DNA of 64,000 nt from an uncultured bacterium (GCA_965368975.1 CBDUPA010000018.1:1-64000), one strand, 5' to 3'. Shown: positions 29,386 to 39,580, counted from the stretch's first letter. Translations and numbers: made by a program. Notes: generated by a model not told the origin, from the letters alone.

Positions 29386-30783
29386 ATGGCCCGAATCCTG
29401 ATCACAGACGACGAGCGTCCGATCCGCCGAATCCTGAAGCTCCTTCTCAGCGAGCAGGGCCATAGCGTCGAGGAAGCCGAGAGCGGCGAGGCTTGCCTGG
29501 AGCTGACCCAGGAATTCCAACCCGATCTCGTCTTGCTCGACCTGCAGCTTCCGGGTATCGACGGCCTCGAAACGCTACAAGAACTGCGGGCAACGGATCC
29601 CGACATCGATATCCTGATGATCACTGCCTTTGGCAGCATCGCCTCCGCGGTCGAGGCCATGCGCCGCGGCGCTCGAGACTACCTCACCAAACCCTTCGAC
29701 AACGACGAGTTGTTGATGGTGGTCGAACGCACTCTCGAGGTGCGCGAGCTCAGCTCCGAAGTGGCACGGCTACGCGGCGACCTGGAATCGCGCTACGGGT
29801 TCAGCGAGATCATCGGTATCAGCCCCGCGTTGCAGGATGTCTTCCGCACCATGAGCAAGGTCGCCCGCGTCGACGCGACGGTCCTGGTAACCGGTGAGTC
29901 CGGAACCGGCAAGGAACTGGTGGCGCGGGCCATCCATCGCAAGAGTGGCCGCAGCCGCGGCCCATTCGTCGCCGTCAACTGTAGCGCCATCCCCCAGACC
30001 CTGGTCGAGAGCGAGTTCTTCGGACACGAACGCGGTGCCTTCACGGATGCACGCACGAGCAAGCCCGGCCGCTTCGAGCAGGCCGAAGGGGGCACCATCT
30101 TCCTCGACGAGATCGGCGACCTCGCCCTTGATGCCCAGGCCAAACTGCTGCGTGCCTTGCAAGAGCGCCAGATTCAGCGTGTCGGCGGACAGCAAACCCG
30201 TAGCATCGATGTCCGCGTGATCGCCGCAACCCATAGAAAGTTGGAGCAATCCGTGCGTCAGGGGCGTTTCCGAGAGGATCTGTTCTGGCGTCTCAACGTG
30301 GTGCAGGTGGTCCTGCCGGCCCTGCGTGAACGACGCCAGGACTTGCCGCTACTGATCGATCATTTCGTCGACCGCTTCAATCGCGAACTCGGCCTGTCGG
30401 TGACCGGCATCCAACCCGCTGCACGCCGCCTGCTGGTCGACTACGACTGGCCAGGCAATGTCCGAGAACTGGAGAACACTCTGTGCAGAGCCATGGTTCT
30501 GTGCGACGGCGAGACTCTCACTACTTCGGATTTTCCAGGTCGGGTGCGCGGCGAGCAGGAGGGTGTGTCGCCACCGGCTTCGGATCTCGAACAACTACCG
30601 CTCGCTGAAGCGGTCCAGCAGGCCACTGAGCGGTTGGAGAAAATGATGATCCTGGGCCGCCTCGCCGAACACCAGGGGAACCGCCGCAACACCGCGGCCA
30701 GTCTGGGAATCAGCCGCAAGACACTGTTCAACAAGATGCGTCAGTACGAGCTGGGCGACGACGACATCGAGCCCGCCGAGTGA
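29386..30783 (+). CDS. Sigma-54-dependent response regulator (NtrC family)
   Basis: Receiver domain, GESGTGKELVA, ESEFFGHERGAFTDA, FLDEIG, FREDL..RL, WPGNVRELEN, C-terminal HTH. Confidence 0.96.
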   Translation: MARILITDDERPIRRILKLLLSEQGHSVEEAESGEACLELTQEFQPDLVLLDLQLPGIDGLETLQELRATDPDIDILMITAFGSIASAVEAMRRGARDYLTKPFDNDELLMVVERTLEVRELSSEVARLRGDLESRYGFSEIIGISPALQDVFRTMSKVARVDATVLVTGESGTGKELVARAIHRKSGRSRGPFVAVNCSAIPQTLVESEFFGHERGAFTDARTSKPGRFEQAEGGTIFLDEIGDLALDAQAKLLRALQERQIQRVGGQQTRSIDVRVIAATHRKLEQSVRQGRFREDLFWRLNVVQVVLPALRERRQDLPLLIDHFVDRFNRELGLSVTGIQPAARRLLVDYDWPGNVRELENTLCRAMVLCDGETLTTSDFPGRVRGEQEGVSPPASDLEQLPLAEAVQQATERLEKMMILGRLAEHQGNRRNTAASLGISRKTLFNKMRQYELGDDDIEPAE

Positions 30784-30785
30784 GC

Positions 30786-31502
30786 CTAGAACAGCTCCTG
30801 CGTACTACCGCGCATGTATTCGAGATACAACACCTCGAGGTCGCGGTAGCGCAGTTCCTCGCGCGAACAGCTCAAAACCTTGCGCCCCTCGTTGAGAATT
30901 TCGGCTCGATCGGCCAGCTGTCGAGCCCGGAACAGGTCGTGGGTACAAAGCAAGATTGCCTTGCCAGCGTCGCGCAGACGACTCAGCGTATTGGCAATGT
31001 CGATGGCGGTTTTGGGGTCCAGGTCCGCCATTGGCTCGTCCAGGAGCAGGACCGGCGTCTGCTTGCTCATTACCACGGCCAGCCCCACCTTGCGCCGCAG
31101 GTTGGTCGGTAGCTCGCGTAGCCGGCGATCAAAGCTGCGCTCCGGGAGGCCGACTTCGCGCAGGATGCGCTCTGCATCTCTGGCATGCTGTCCGCCGAGC
31201 GCGGCGAAGAACTCCACGTTACGGCGCACGCTCAGCTCACCGTAGAACTCTGGTGAGTCGGCAAGATACGCTGCATGTCGCCGCACCTCCATGGGCTTCT
31301 CCGAGGCATCGAATCCACAGATCAAAGCCTTTCCGGCCGTCGGCCTCTGCAACCCCAGGAGCAGGTGTAGCGTCGTGGTCTTGCCGGAGCCATCTGCTCC
31401 CAACAAGCAGTGGATCTGCCCGGGCTCGATGCGCAGGTTGAGCGCATCCAGGGCCAAGGTGCCATCGCCATAGCGCTTACTCAAGTGCACCGCCTCGATC
31501 AT
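30786..31502 (-). CDS. ABC transporter ATP-binding subunit
   Basis: Walker A GADGSGKTT, Walker B LLLDEP, H-loop THD. Signature motif degenerate. Confidence 0.9.
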   Translation of the reverse strand: MIEAVHLSKRYGDGTLALDALNLRIEPGQIHCLLGADGSGKTTTLHLLLGLQRPTAGKALICGFDASEKPMEVRRHAAYLADSPEFYGELSVRRNVEFFAALGGQHARDAERILREVGLPERSFDRRLRELPTNLRRKVGLAVVMSKQTPVLLLDEPMADLDPKTAIDIANTLSRLRDAGKAILLCTHDLFRARQLADRAEILNEGRKVLSCSREELRYRDLEVLYLEYMRGSTQELF

Positions 31503-32995
31503 CGCAACTCCTCCTGGCGCGCGAAGCAAATCAACGTCGCAGCCACCACCACCAGCGTCTCGAGCACCAGCAGCAACAATCCGGGCACCGCGCTGCGCAA
31601 GGAGCTCCAAGCCGATACTGGCGGCATCCGAAAGACCGGACGGGACTCCAAGTCCACTGGCCGCTGCGATAGGTATTGCGGGAAGAACAGCAAGTGTGGG
31701 CTGTCCGGATCGCGCTGATCCTGCACTCTCATCCACCGTGCCAATGCCCTTCGGTAGTCCTGGACAGCGCGCAGGAAGCAGCGCTGGCGCTCGACTCCCG
31801 CACCGGTCAGCCGTTCGCCAACCATGCGTACCAATGCGGTCGGCGCCACGGCTGCCAGTTGGGCAGCGAGCTCTGCTTGTTGTAGGCGCTGCTCGTAAAC
31901 CCGCAGCCTCAGCTGCCGCTGTGACGCCGCGCGCCGATTGTGGACCGCGGCGGCAGCACGCTCGAGCTTGTAGTCGTCGAAGCGGCCGACCTCGCGACCT
32001 CTCCAGCCGCCGGGGTCCTCCTGCGTCTCCACCTGCTGTCGAATCCCTGCCAGCGCGTTGCTCAACTCGGTTTCGACCATCACTGGTGCTTGGCGCAGCG
32101 CGATCAGTGTAGCCGTGGCGGGTATACCTTGCACAGCCACCAGCCAGATCAGCGCCAGCACCGCCAGGCTGTGACTACCTTCGCGGCTCAGAGCTGACAC
32201 CAAGAGAGCCGCCCAGGTGGCGAGTGCCATGAGCCAGAAGCCCAAGAACATGAGGATCGCCAAGCGCCACAGATCCGCTGGCTGTGGCCACCAGCCAACC
32301 ACCAGCGCCAGCCCGAGACCGAGCATTGCACCGACAGAGAGACCACTACCGAGGACAGACCACAGAGCCAGGAAACGTCCGCCGAGTAGCGACCAGATCG
32401 ACAACGGGTACGAGCGCAGCAAGCGCAGACGCCCGCGCTGTTTCGGGTCGCACAGCGACTCATAGCTGAGCAGGAAGGCCACCAGCACTCCCACGGTCTG
32501 GAAGACATACATCCAGTCGAGGCTGATTCCAGCCGGTTGTGGCGGCTCTTCGACCCGTGCCGGGAGCTGCTCCAGGCTCGGACGTAACCAGGCGCTCAAG
32601 GCCAGCCAGGCAACGTTGGCCTCGTCAGCCACCCCCTCGTCGAGCGCGAAGGCCAGTTGCCAGGAAGGCTTGATCGCCGGGTGGAGCAAGCCGGCCGCGT
32701 CAGCGACGGTCGAACGAGAGAGCTGTTCTCGATAGGCTGTGTCGACCGCCGCCACCCCCTGCTCTTCGAGTTGTGCCTGGCGTGCACCGAGCCAAGACGT
32801 CGTGGTCATGGAGAGCACCAAGAACAATCCCAACACCGGAGTGCGCCGGTCGCGCCAGACATCCGAGAACTCCCGCCGGGCCAACACCAAGAAGATGCCA
32901 AACCTCGATTCCTCGACCAGCCTGGCACCTCCAGCCGGGCGAGCGACGCCGGCTGAACTGGCTTTCACGACTGGCTCGAGCTGGGCCTCGGACAT
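31499..32995 (-). CDS. ABC-2 type permease with large extracellular loops (DUF3526-like)
   Basis: ARREF N-terminus, LSYESL...G.LRLL.SYP, multiple TM segments. Coupled overlaps on both sides. Confidence 0.8.
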   Translation of the reverse strand: MSEAQLEPVVKASSAGVARPAGGARLVEESRFGIFLVLARREFSDVWRDRRTPVLGLFLVLSMTTTSWLGARQAQLEEQGVAAVDTAYREQLSRSTVADAAGLLHPAIKPSWQLAFALDEGVADEANVAWLALSAWLRPSLEQLPARVEEPPQPAGISLDWMYVFQTVGVLVAFLLSYESLCDPKQRGRLRLLRSYPLSIWSLLGGRFLALWSVLGSGLSVGAMLGLGLALVVGWWPQPADLWRLAILMFLGFWLMALATWAALLVSALSREGSHSLAVLALIWLVAVQGIPATATLIALRQAPVMVETELSNALAGIRQQVETQEDPGGWRGREVGRFDDYKLERAAAAVHNRRAASQRQLRLRVYEQRLQQAELAAQLAAVAPTALVRMVGERLTGAGVERQRCFLRAVQDYRRALARWMRVQDQRDPDSPHLLFFPQYLSQRPVDLESRPVFRMPPVSAWSSLRSAVPGLLLLVLETLVVVAATLICFARQEELR

Positions 32996-34596
32996 CACGG
33001 CTCCCGGGACAGTGGCGAGTTCACCAGAGAACGGCGGGCCGAAGCAGCCAGCAAGGCATGCAGGACCAGGAACCAAGCCAGCCAGGCCCCGGCCGCGGAC
33101 ACAGACTGGCTCAGCGACCATGCGGGGCGCTGAAAGCTCGGAAGATCTGCCACGTCCGGCCGCCGATGTCTGGTGGTTTCAAAGGCACGCTGTACAGCCA
33201 GTAGGCGCTGTCGAACTTCCGGCTCGCCGAGCCGATGAGTCAGCAAGTCGTAGTTGCTCTCATCGATCTCTTCTGGCTGCGTCCCGATGAGTGTCGGCCA
33301 GGGAGCCTCGGCCTGCAGGTCGTCCGTGAACCATCGCTTCGAATCAAACGCACCCTTCGAGTTCAAATGGGCGATCAAGGCTTCGCGGTAGTCGCGACAG
33401 GCCGCCAGAAACTCGTCCTGAGCCTGGTCGCCGGTACCGGCGAAGGTCTCGGATAGGTGGCCCGTCAGTGCTGCTGGCGACAGCAGCCACAGGCCTGTCC
33501 GCCACAATCGAGGGCCCCATGGGCCGTTGGGTTGCAACTGGCCCTCTCCAGCCATCCGGCCGGCATACGACAGCCCAATCCGGATCTCCTGTTGGTAGTA
33601 CTCGCGTAGGGCTTCGTAGTACTCGTGGCTCCCGGCACGGTACAGCACGCCGCGGTAGGGCCTCGTCTCCAGCAACGCGGCACTGAAACCCAACGGCCGC
33701 CGCAACAGCTCCTGCCGGCTCCAGACAGTCCGTAGTCGCAGGTCTCGCTCTGCCAACAGGGCTTGTTGCCTCGTGGCCTGACCGACACTCCACTGCCAGA
33801 TCCACTGGCGATCAGCGCTGGCGGCGATCGGCGGCAAGACCAACACCGCGGCGCACCAAAGCAGCGCTCCGAGCACCAACGCCGAAGATGGACGCTGCAA
33901 GCGGGTAGACAAGGCCAAACCAAGCCACAGCATGAGCGATAGGTAGACCAGATAGAGCCCGAACATCGCCGCCAAGCGCTGTAGCAACTCGCTGTCGGGA
34001 ACGACACCGGCACGCAGATAGAGCACGGACAGAGATGTTCCGGCACAGACCGACAAGGTGACGCTCAGGCAGACGCCGGCTGCCAGGTACTTACTCACCA
34101 GCAGGGTTCCAGGGCGAACCGGATTCGCCAGTACCATCGCCAGGGTCCCATCCTTGCGCTCACCGCTGACCGCGTCGAAGGTCATCAGCAGCGCCAGCAG
34201 GCCGAGAACCCCGATCACCACCGCCCCGAGATCGAAACCTTCGGACGCTGCTACCAGGGGATTGCCACGTTCGCCACCCACCGCTCGCCAGGGCACCTCG
34301 AAGAGGTGCACCTTGACCTCGTCTCCACGCCGGGCATCGATACCCCGATCCAGGACACTCAACGCTGCCGGCGGCCGCAACAGCGTCGGCTGGAGAAACG
34401 AATACACCGGCACTGCGGCGACTTCCTCTACCGCCCGCTGCTGCCGTTCGGCAAAGGACCGCTGGCGGCGCAGGTAGTCGTCAGACGCGATCAGTGTCGC
34501 CGAGATAACCAGTGAGACGGCCAGCAAGGAGCCCGCCAGGAAACGAAAGCTCGTCCCCTGCAGCCTGAGCTCTTTGATGATCACCGCTTTCAGCAC
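32995..34596 (-). CDS. ABC-2 type permease, second subunit
   Basis: IIKEL, FDAVSGERKDGTL..VLANP, SKYLA, TM helices. GTG start at 34596. Confidence 0.82.
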   Translation of the reverse strand: MLKAVIIKELRLQGTSFRFLAGSLLAVSLVISATLIASDDYLRRQRSFAERQQRAVEEVAAVPVYSFLQPTLLRPPAALSVLDRGIDARRGDEVKVHLFEVPWRAVGGERGNPLVAASEGFDLGAVVIGVLGLLALLMTFDAVSGERKDGTLAMVLANPVRPGTLLVSKYLAAGVCLSVTLSVCAGTSLSVLYLRAGVVPDSELLQRLAAMFGLYLVYLSLMLWLGLALSTRLQRPSSALVLGALLWCAAVLVLPPIAASADRQWIWQWSVGQATRQQALLAERDLRLRTVWSRQELLRRPLGFSAALLETRPYRGVLYRAGSHEYYEALREYYQQEIRIGLSYAGRMAGEGQLQPNGPWGPRLWRTGLWLLSPAALTGHLSETFAGTGDQAQDEFLAACRDYREALIAHLNSKGAFDSKRWFTDDLQAEAPWPTLIGTQPEEIDESNYDLLTHRLGEPEVRQRLLAVQRAFETTRHRRPDVADLPSFQRPAWSLSQSVSAAGAWLAWFLVLHALLAASARRSLVNSPLSREP

Positions 34597-34664
34597 GGAT
34601 TCTTCTCCTTGACCTTGCACCTGACGTGCGCCTGAAGTGGCCTCGCCATCCTCCCCTGGAATAA

Positions 34665-34680
34665 AGCACGTAGCGTGCCA
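34665..34680 (-). promoter_or_regulatory. Sigma-54 (-24/-12) promoter for the ABC operon
   Basis: Minus strand TGGCACGCTACGTGCT = GG-N10-GC. Confidence 0.75.
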
Positions 34681-34730
34681 CCTCTCGAGCAACCGTTGCG
34701 CAATCCTGGGACACGGGCCCTCCGAGGGAT

Positions 34731-34768
34731 GGGTAATCGCTTACTCGCCTCAGGGTAAGTACTTGCCC
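34731..34768. promoter_or_regulatory. Tandem palindromic activator sites (putative UAS of the NtrC-family regulator)
   Basis: GGGTAAtcgcTTACTC (34731-46) and GGGTAAgtacTTGCCC (34753-68), 22 bp apart, between divergent sigma-54 promoters. Confidence 0.7.
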
Positions 34769-34820
34769 CTGCCAGTGCCGGCAAACCTCCACCCCTTCCG
34801 ACAACGGCCTTCCAACAACC

Positions 34821-34836
34821 TGGCCCGAAGATTGCT
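34821..34836 (+). promoter_or_regulatory. Sigma-54 promoter for the radical SAM gene
   Basis: TGGCCCGAAGATTGCT = GG-N10-GC with TTGC at -12. Confidence 0.75.
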
Positions 34837-34912
34837 TCCCTACCTACGGACAATCCTATGACTTGTGAGTTCGCCACCAGGCGCCATTCCATCGACTGCA
34901 CGGAGGAATCTC

Positions 34913-36400
34913 ATGCTTCGGACCAGCAGCTATACGATCTTTGTCGACCTTCCCGAGCAACAAGACAAGCTCCTCGTTCAGGGTTACACCGGCGCTTACG
35001 ACCGGGTCTCGGCGCCGGTCGCCGACTACCTGCGTCGTCACAAGCCGCGCCCCACCAAGCCACTCTACGGCGAATGGACCGGTGAGACCGCAGATCGACC
35101 CGATTCCGAACGGCTACCGGAAGAACTTCTAGAGCAACTGCGCAGCAGAGGATATCTAACTGAGCTCGATCCTGACCAGGAGCAGCAGGTCTTCAGTGAT
35201 CTCGCCCGGCGCTTGCACGAGCGCGCTATCCGGCAGCCACCGAGCTACATCTTCATTCCGAGCTATGACTGCAATTTGCGCTGCGGTTACTGCTTCCAGG
35301 ACGCGATGCGCACGGACTGTAGCTTCAAGCACCTGCTGAGCACCATGAAACCGGCGATGGTCGACCGGATCTTCGACCGGCTCCCCGAGCTGGAAGCACG
35401 ACAGGGTTTCGAGGCAGGCCCCGGACACAGGCGCAGCATCGGCTTGTTCGGCGGCGAGCCCTTGCTGGCGCGCCACCGTGCGATCGTCGAACACATCCTG
35501 CAGCGCGGGCACGACTTGGGCGATGCCGACTACTGGGCCGTCACCAACGCCACCGAACTCGAAGCGTATGTAGACTTGCTGGGTCCGCTGGGGATCGCGC
35601 GGCTGCAGATCACACTGGACGGTCCGCCCGAACTTCACGACACCCGACGTGTCGACGCCCAGGGCGGCGGCACCTTCGAGCGCATCGCGCGCAACATCGA
35701 CCTCGCCTTGGAGCGAGACACCCAGGTCAGTGTGCGAGTCAACGTGGATCGAGACAACCTCCACGAACTCCGCGAACTAGCCGCCGAACTGCACCGTCGC
35801 GAGTGGTCGCTGAAGCCAAACTTCTCCGCTTACGTGGCACCGATCCGGCCGCAGGCCGGGACGCCGAAGGGCACGACCCTCGACACCTGGCAGCTCGACC
35901 GCGCCCTGTCCGAGCTACACGCCGAGGATCCGGCGACCCAGGTGTTGGAGCGGCCGGACGATGGGATGCGTTCGCGTATGCACAAGCTCTTCGCCGGGCA
36001 CCAGCCGATGCCTCAGTTGCGACCGAGCTTCTGCGGTGCCCACGACCAGATGTTCATCTTCGATGCCTTCGGTGACATCTACGCCTGCTGGGAGCGCACT
36101 GGCGACTCTCGTGTACGTATCGGACACGTTCCGGCCGAGGGTGACATCGAGATCAACCTACCGGTGCACCGAGAGTGGCGCAGCCGCAACGTCGCCAGCA
36201 ACTCCGTCTGTGGCAAGTGCCGCTTCGCTCTTCACTGCGGAGGTGGCTGCGCGATTCTGGCGCTCGAGCAGCGCGGCAAGTTCCACAGCAACTACTGCGA
36301 CGGTTTCGCGGCACGCTTCCGCACCTCGGTTGCCGAAGCCTACGCACAGTTCGCAGCGGGCACCGAAATCGAGAGCACACAGCGCGTGTGCACGCTTTGA
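34913..36400 (+). CDS. Radical SAM/SPASM peptide maturase with N-terminal RRE-like domain
   Basis: CNLRCGYC, FGGEPLL, TN, QITLDG. SPASM FCGA...GDIYAC...CGKC..ALHCGGGC...YC. GGAGG RBS before ATG 34913. Confidence 0.92.
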   Translation: MLRTSSYTIFVDLPEQQDKLLVQGYTGAYDRVSAPVADYLRRHKPRPTKPLYGEWTGETADRPDSERLPEELLEQLRSRGYLTELDPDQEQQVFSDLARRLHERAIRQPPSYIFIPSYDCNLRCGYCFQDAMRTDCSFKHLLSTMKPAMVDRIFDRLPELEARQGFEAGPGHRRSIGLFGGEPLLARHRAIVEHILQRGHDLGDADYWAVTNATELEAYVDLLGPLGIARLQITLDGPPELHDTRRVDAQGGGTFERIARNIDLALERDTQVSVRVNVDRDNLHELRELAAELHRREWSLKPNFSAYVAPIRPQAGTPKGTTLDTWQLDRALSELHAEDPATQVLERPDDGMRSRMHKLFAGHQPMPQLRPSFCGAHDQMFIFDAFGDIYACWERTGDSRVRIGHVPAEGDIEINLPVHREWRSRNVASNSVCGKCRFALHCGGGCAILALEQRGKFHSNYCDGFAARFRTSVAEAYAQFAAGTEIESTQRVCTL

Positions 36401-36506
36401 CAGCCGGCTCGACCGGCGCTTCGGCCCTCCGGACGTTCTGATAACCGAGGGCCTTCTACCTCGAGTCAATGCCAGCCTACTGGTAATCGAATGCAGGAGA
36501 AGCATC

Positions 36507-36701
36507 ATGAAAAAGAGACTGAGCAGCACCCCCTCCCCCTACCAACTGACCAGCTTCAACTCGGTCAACGCGCCAGCCGCTGATTCGGGCGACCTCGAAG
36601 CCTGGATGGAGGCGCAACTGGAGAGTGTCTTCGGTTTTGGTCCCGGCTCTCAACAGCGTCCGAGTTGCAACACCTTCACCTGCGTCGGCTATATGCCGTG
36701 A
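36507..36701 (+). CDS. Putative rSAM-modified RiPP precursor (64 aa, C-terminal SCNTFTCVGYMP)
   Basis: AGGAGA RBS. Lies directly after the rSAM gene, has a Cys-containing C-terminal core, and is followed by a strong hairpin. Confidence 0.75.
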   Translation: MKKRLSSTPSPYQLTSFNSVNAPAADSGDLEAWMEAQLESVFGFGPGSQQRPSCNTFTCVGYMP

Positions 36702-36757
36702 CGTCACCGGCTGCTCAACACATCTACGAGTAGCTCTCGCTCCTCGCGCTCTTTACT

Positions 36758-36794
36758 AGAGAGGCCGCTCGCGCTGCTAGCGAGCGGCCTCTCT
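36758..36794. terminator. Hairpin between convergent genes
   Basis: 15-bp stem agagaggccgctcgc / gcgagcggcctctct with a 7-nt loop. Confidence 0.7.
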
Positions 36795-36813
36795 CTCGTC
36801 TTGCGCGGCCTGT

Positions 36814-39273
36814 CTACAGCGAGCGTAGAACGATCATGGGATCGACGCGCAGAGCTCGGCGTGCAGGCAACCAGCTGGCCAGCAGAGCAACAACACCGAG
36901 CACGAGCAGTGAGACCAGCAGCGCCAGTGGCTCGAAGGCACCGACGCCGAAGAGCACGCGGCTGAGCAGTATCCCGACGCCGACCGCCCCGACCACGCCC
37001 AGCCCGGCACCGATCGAAGCCAGACGCACCCCCTGCCAGACCAGCAAGCGCACCACGTCCTGGACTCGGGCTCCCAGAGCCAGGCGGATACCAACCTCGC
37101 GCAGCCGCTGATGAACGCGGAAGGCAAGCAAGCCATACAACCCCACGGCCGCTAGCAGCGTCGCCAAACCTCCGAACGCGCTGAGCGCGATGGCACCGGC
37201 GCGGGCGGGCAGCAGAGTTGCGAGCAGGCTTGTTTCGAGCGGTTGTGCATCGAAGGGTACGAGCGCGGCATCGAGCTCCTGCACAGCCCGGCGAATCAAG
37301 GGGCTGAGATCGGCAGGACTGCCACCTGATGCCACGGTGTTGGCGGACCGCACCATGGCGGTCATGACCGGCGTGTAGCGCTGGCACAGCGGGAGGAAGA
37401 GATACGGTCGATGCTCCTCGTCCAGGCGCACATAGCGACTGTCTCGTGCAACACCGACCACTTCGAACGTCTCACCATCGCTCACCAAGCGTCTACCGAC
37501 CGCCGCACCGGACGGCCACAATCGGCGCGCTAGTGCCTGGTTGACGATAGCGACACGCGGCCCGTCCGCCCGGTCCGCAGCAGAGAACGCACGGCCGTTG
37601 ACCAGCGGCAGGTCCAATGTCTCGAAGAACCGGCCGGAGACAATGTTGTAGTCCACCATCAGGCCCCTCTCCCCCGCGCCAGCGTTGTCCTCGGCTCGGA
37701 CCTCGAGCTGCCGCCCGAAAGGATCGAGGGGGAGCGTCGTCGCCAGAGCGGCGGCAGCGATTCGGGGTTCGGTTTCCAGGGCATCAACAAGTCGGCGGAA
37801 CATCTCCTGCCCGTGCTGGGTACCGTAACCCTGCGTACTCAGATCGAGCGAGGCAACGGAAACCGCCCCCGGATCGAACCCCAGGTCGGCCTCGTTGGCC
37901 TGCTGCAAGCTACGCAGGAAGAGACCCGCCGCTGTCAGCAACACCAACGAGGCTCCGATCTGCAGCACAACAAGGCTGCTCAGCAATCGGGAACGACCGG
38001 TACCCTGCGCACCTTCCGGCTCCTTGATGGCTCGCACGAGCTGCGGCCGAGTCGCCTGCAGGGCAGGAACGAGGCCAAAGATCAAGCTGGTTCCGAGGGC
38101 CAACAGGGCGGCAAAGGCCAGAACCCGGGGTTCGAGGCGTAGGTCGAGCGACACCGGTAGGCCCGTGGCAGCACCGACGGCTTCGACCGCATGCTGCAGA
38201 TTCAGGGCAATCCAGACACCCACGACCGCTGCCAAGGCGGCCAGGACGAAGCTCTCGCTCCACAGCATTCGGATCAGACGCCAGCGGCCAGCTCCCAGGG
38301 CCAGGCGCACACCGATTTCCTGTTGACGTTGCAGGGCCCGAGCGATCAGCAGCGCCGCGACGTTGGCACAGGCGATCAACAACACGAGTCCGACCAACAC
38401 CTGTAGTGCACCGACGAACCAACCGGCGGTGCTGCGATACAGCGGATGCAGTCCACCCTCCCTCGCGGATAGCACTGAGATCGAAGTACCGCGGTTCGAC
38501 TGCGGAAAGAGTTCGGCCAAGCGTTGCGCCTGCCCATTGAGAGCTGCCTCGGCCTGCGCCGGCGTCGCACCGTCACGCAGTCGTCCGAGGACAAGCAGAG
38601 ATCGGCTGTCGCGGGCTTCGAGCAACCGCGACCCGGGTTGCAGTTGCCGCACGCTGGCAATCGGCATCCAGAGCTCGGGCGCATAGCCCGTGGTCGTCCC
38701 CGTGAACTCTGGCGGCATCACACCGACCACCACGACCGGCCTCCCGTTGAGCTGCAGTTTCTGCCCCAACACGCTCTGGCTACCGCCCAGCTGATCCTGC
38801 CAGAACTCGTGACTGATCACCGTCACTGCGGCCTCTGCTTCCCGTGCCTCGATGTCGAGCACACGGCCCAGTGCCGGTCCAGCTCCCAGTACCTGGAAGT
38901 AGTCCGGCGACACCAGCGAAGCGTAGATGCGCACGTCGCGCTCATCGCCTGCCAGGCCGAGGGGCACGATCTGCTCAGCGACCAACCCCTGCAGCACACC
39001 TCCCTCGGCACAACCCTCGCGCCGGAGATCTTCGAAGTCCGGGTAAGAGAGGGTGCCCCACTGCAAGCCATCGGCGTAGCTGGTGTAGACGCGCACCAGC
39101 CGTTCGGGCTGCTGCACCGGCAGTTGGCGGAAGAAAAGAGCCTCAGCCAGGCTGTAGACGGCGGTATTGACGCCGATGCCCAAACCCAGGCACAGGATCG
39201 CAGCTGTAGCGAAGCCTGGCCGGCGATGCATTTGACGCAGGGCTAGTTTGAGGTCGTTGAGGAGGTCTCGCAT
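36814..39273 (-). CDS. ADOP-family (duplicated MacB/FtsX-like) ABC permease
   Basis: DLKLALRQM.RRPGF...LGLGIGVNTA, LLIACANVA, EIGVRLALGAGR, second half REVGIRLALGA, PARRALRVDPM. Confidence 0.92.
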   Translation of the reverse strand: MRDLLNDLKLALRQMHRRPGFATAAILCLGLGIGVNTAVYSLAEALFFRQLPVQQPERLVRVYTSYADGLQWGTLSYPDFEDLRREGCAEGGVLQGLVAEQIVPLGLAGDERDVRIYASLVSPDYFQVLGAGPALGRVLDIEAREAEAAVTVISHEFWQDQLGGSQSVLGQKLQLNGRPVVVVGVMPPEFTGTTTGYAPELWMPIASVRQLQPGSRLLEARDSRSLLVLGRLRDGATPAQAEAALNGQAQRLAELFPQSNRGTSISVLSAREGGLHPLYRSTAGWFVGALQVLVGLVLLIACANVAALLIARALQRQQEIGVRLALGAGRWRLIRMLWSESFVLAALAAVVGVWIALNLQHAVEAVGAATGLPVSLDLRLEPRVLAFAALLALGTSLIFGLVPALQATRPQLVRAIKEPEGAQGTGRSRLLSSLVVLQIGASLVLLTAAGLFLRSLQQANEADLGFDPGAVSVASLDLSTQGYGTQHGQEMFRRLVDALETEPRIAAAALATTLPLDPFGRQLEVRAEDNAGAGERGLMVDYNIVSGRFFETLDLPLVNGRAFSAADRADGPRVAIVNQALARRLWPSGAAVGRRLVSDGETFEVVGVARDSRYVRLDEEHRPYLFLPLCQRYTPVMTAMVRSANTVASGGSPADLSPLIRRAVQELDAALVPFDAQPLETSLLATLLPARAGAIALSAFGGLATLLAAVGLYGLLAFRVHQRLREVGIRLALGARVQDVVRLLVWQGVRLASIGAGLGVVGAVGVGILLSRVLFGVGAFEPLALLVSLLVLGVVALLASWLPARRALRVDPMIVLRSL

Positions 39274-39349
39274 GCTAATCGTCCTTGTCTCGGTTGCTGG
39301 ATTCAAGCGGTGCGCAGCGCAGCGTACCCACCAGGTCGGACGATTCCAG

Positions 39350-39365
39350 TGCAAGAGTCGGTCCA
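39350..39365 (-). promoter_or_regulatory. Sigma-54 promoter for the ADOP permease
   Basis: Minus strand TGGACCGACTCTTGCA = GG-N10-GC. Confidence 0.6.
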
Positions 39366-39428
39366 GGTCGCCGGACGCCTCCGGGAGCAGAATTCCGGCG
39401 GATGACGATCGCATTCGGCCCGTCGATC

Positions 39429-39467
39429 GGGTCAAGCGTTACCCATTCACCGGGTAGGCCTCTACCC
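39429..39467. promoter_or_regulatory. Second tandem pair of palindromic activator sites
   Basis: GGGTCAagcgTTACCC (39429-44) and GGGTAGgcctCTACCC (39452-67). Same motif and similar spacing as at 34731. Confidence 0.7.
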
Positions 39468-39580
39468 GAAACTCAGGGCGAGCTGCCGGCTCGACGCTGA
39501 ACCGCGACACCGGTCTTCCTGCCTTAAGAACACTGTCAGAACGAGGCTATCGAAGCAGCGAGACAAGGCGATGCGGAAGT

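Noticed and set aside
36481-36495. TGGTAATCGAATGCA as a sigma-54 promoter for the rSAM precursor
   Set aside because: GG-to-GC spacing is 9 rather than 10, and it abuts the RBS.
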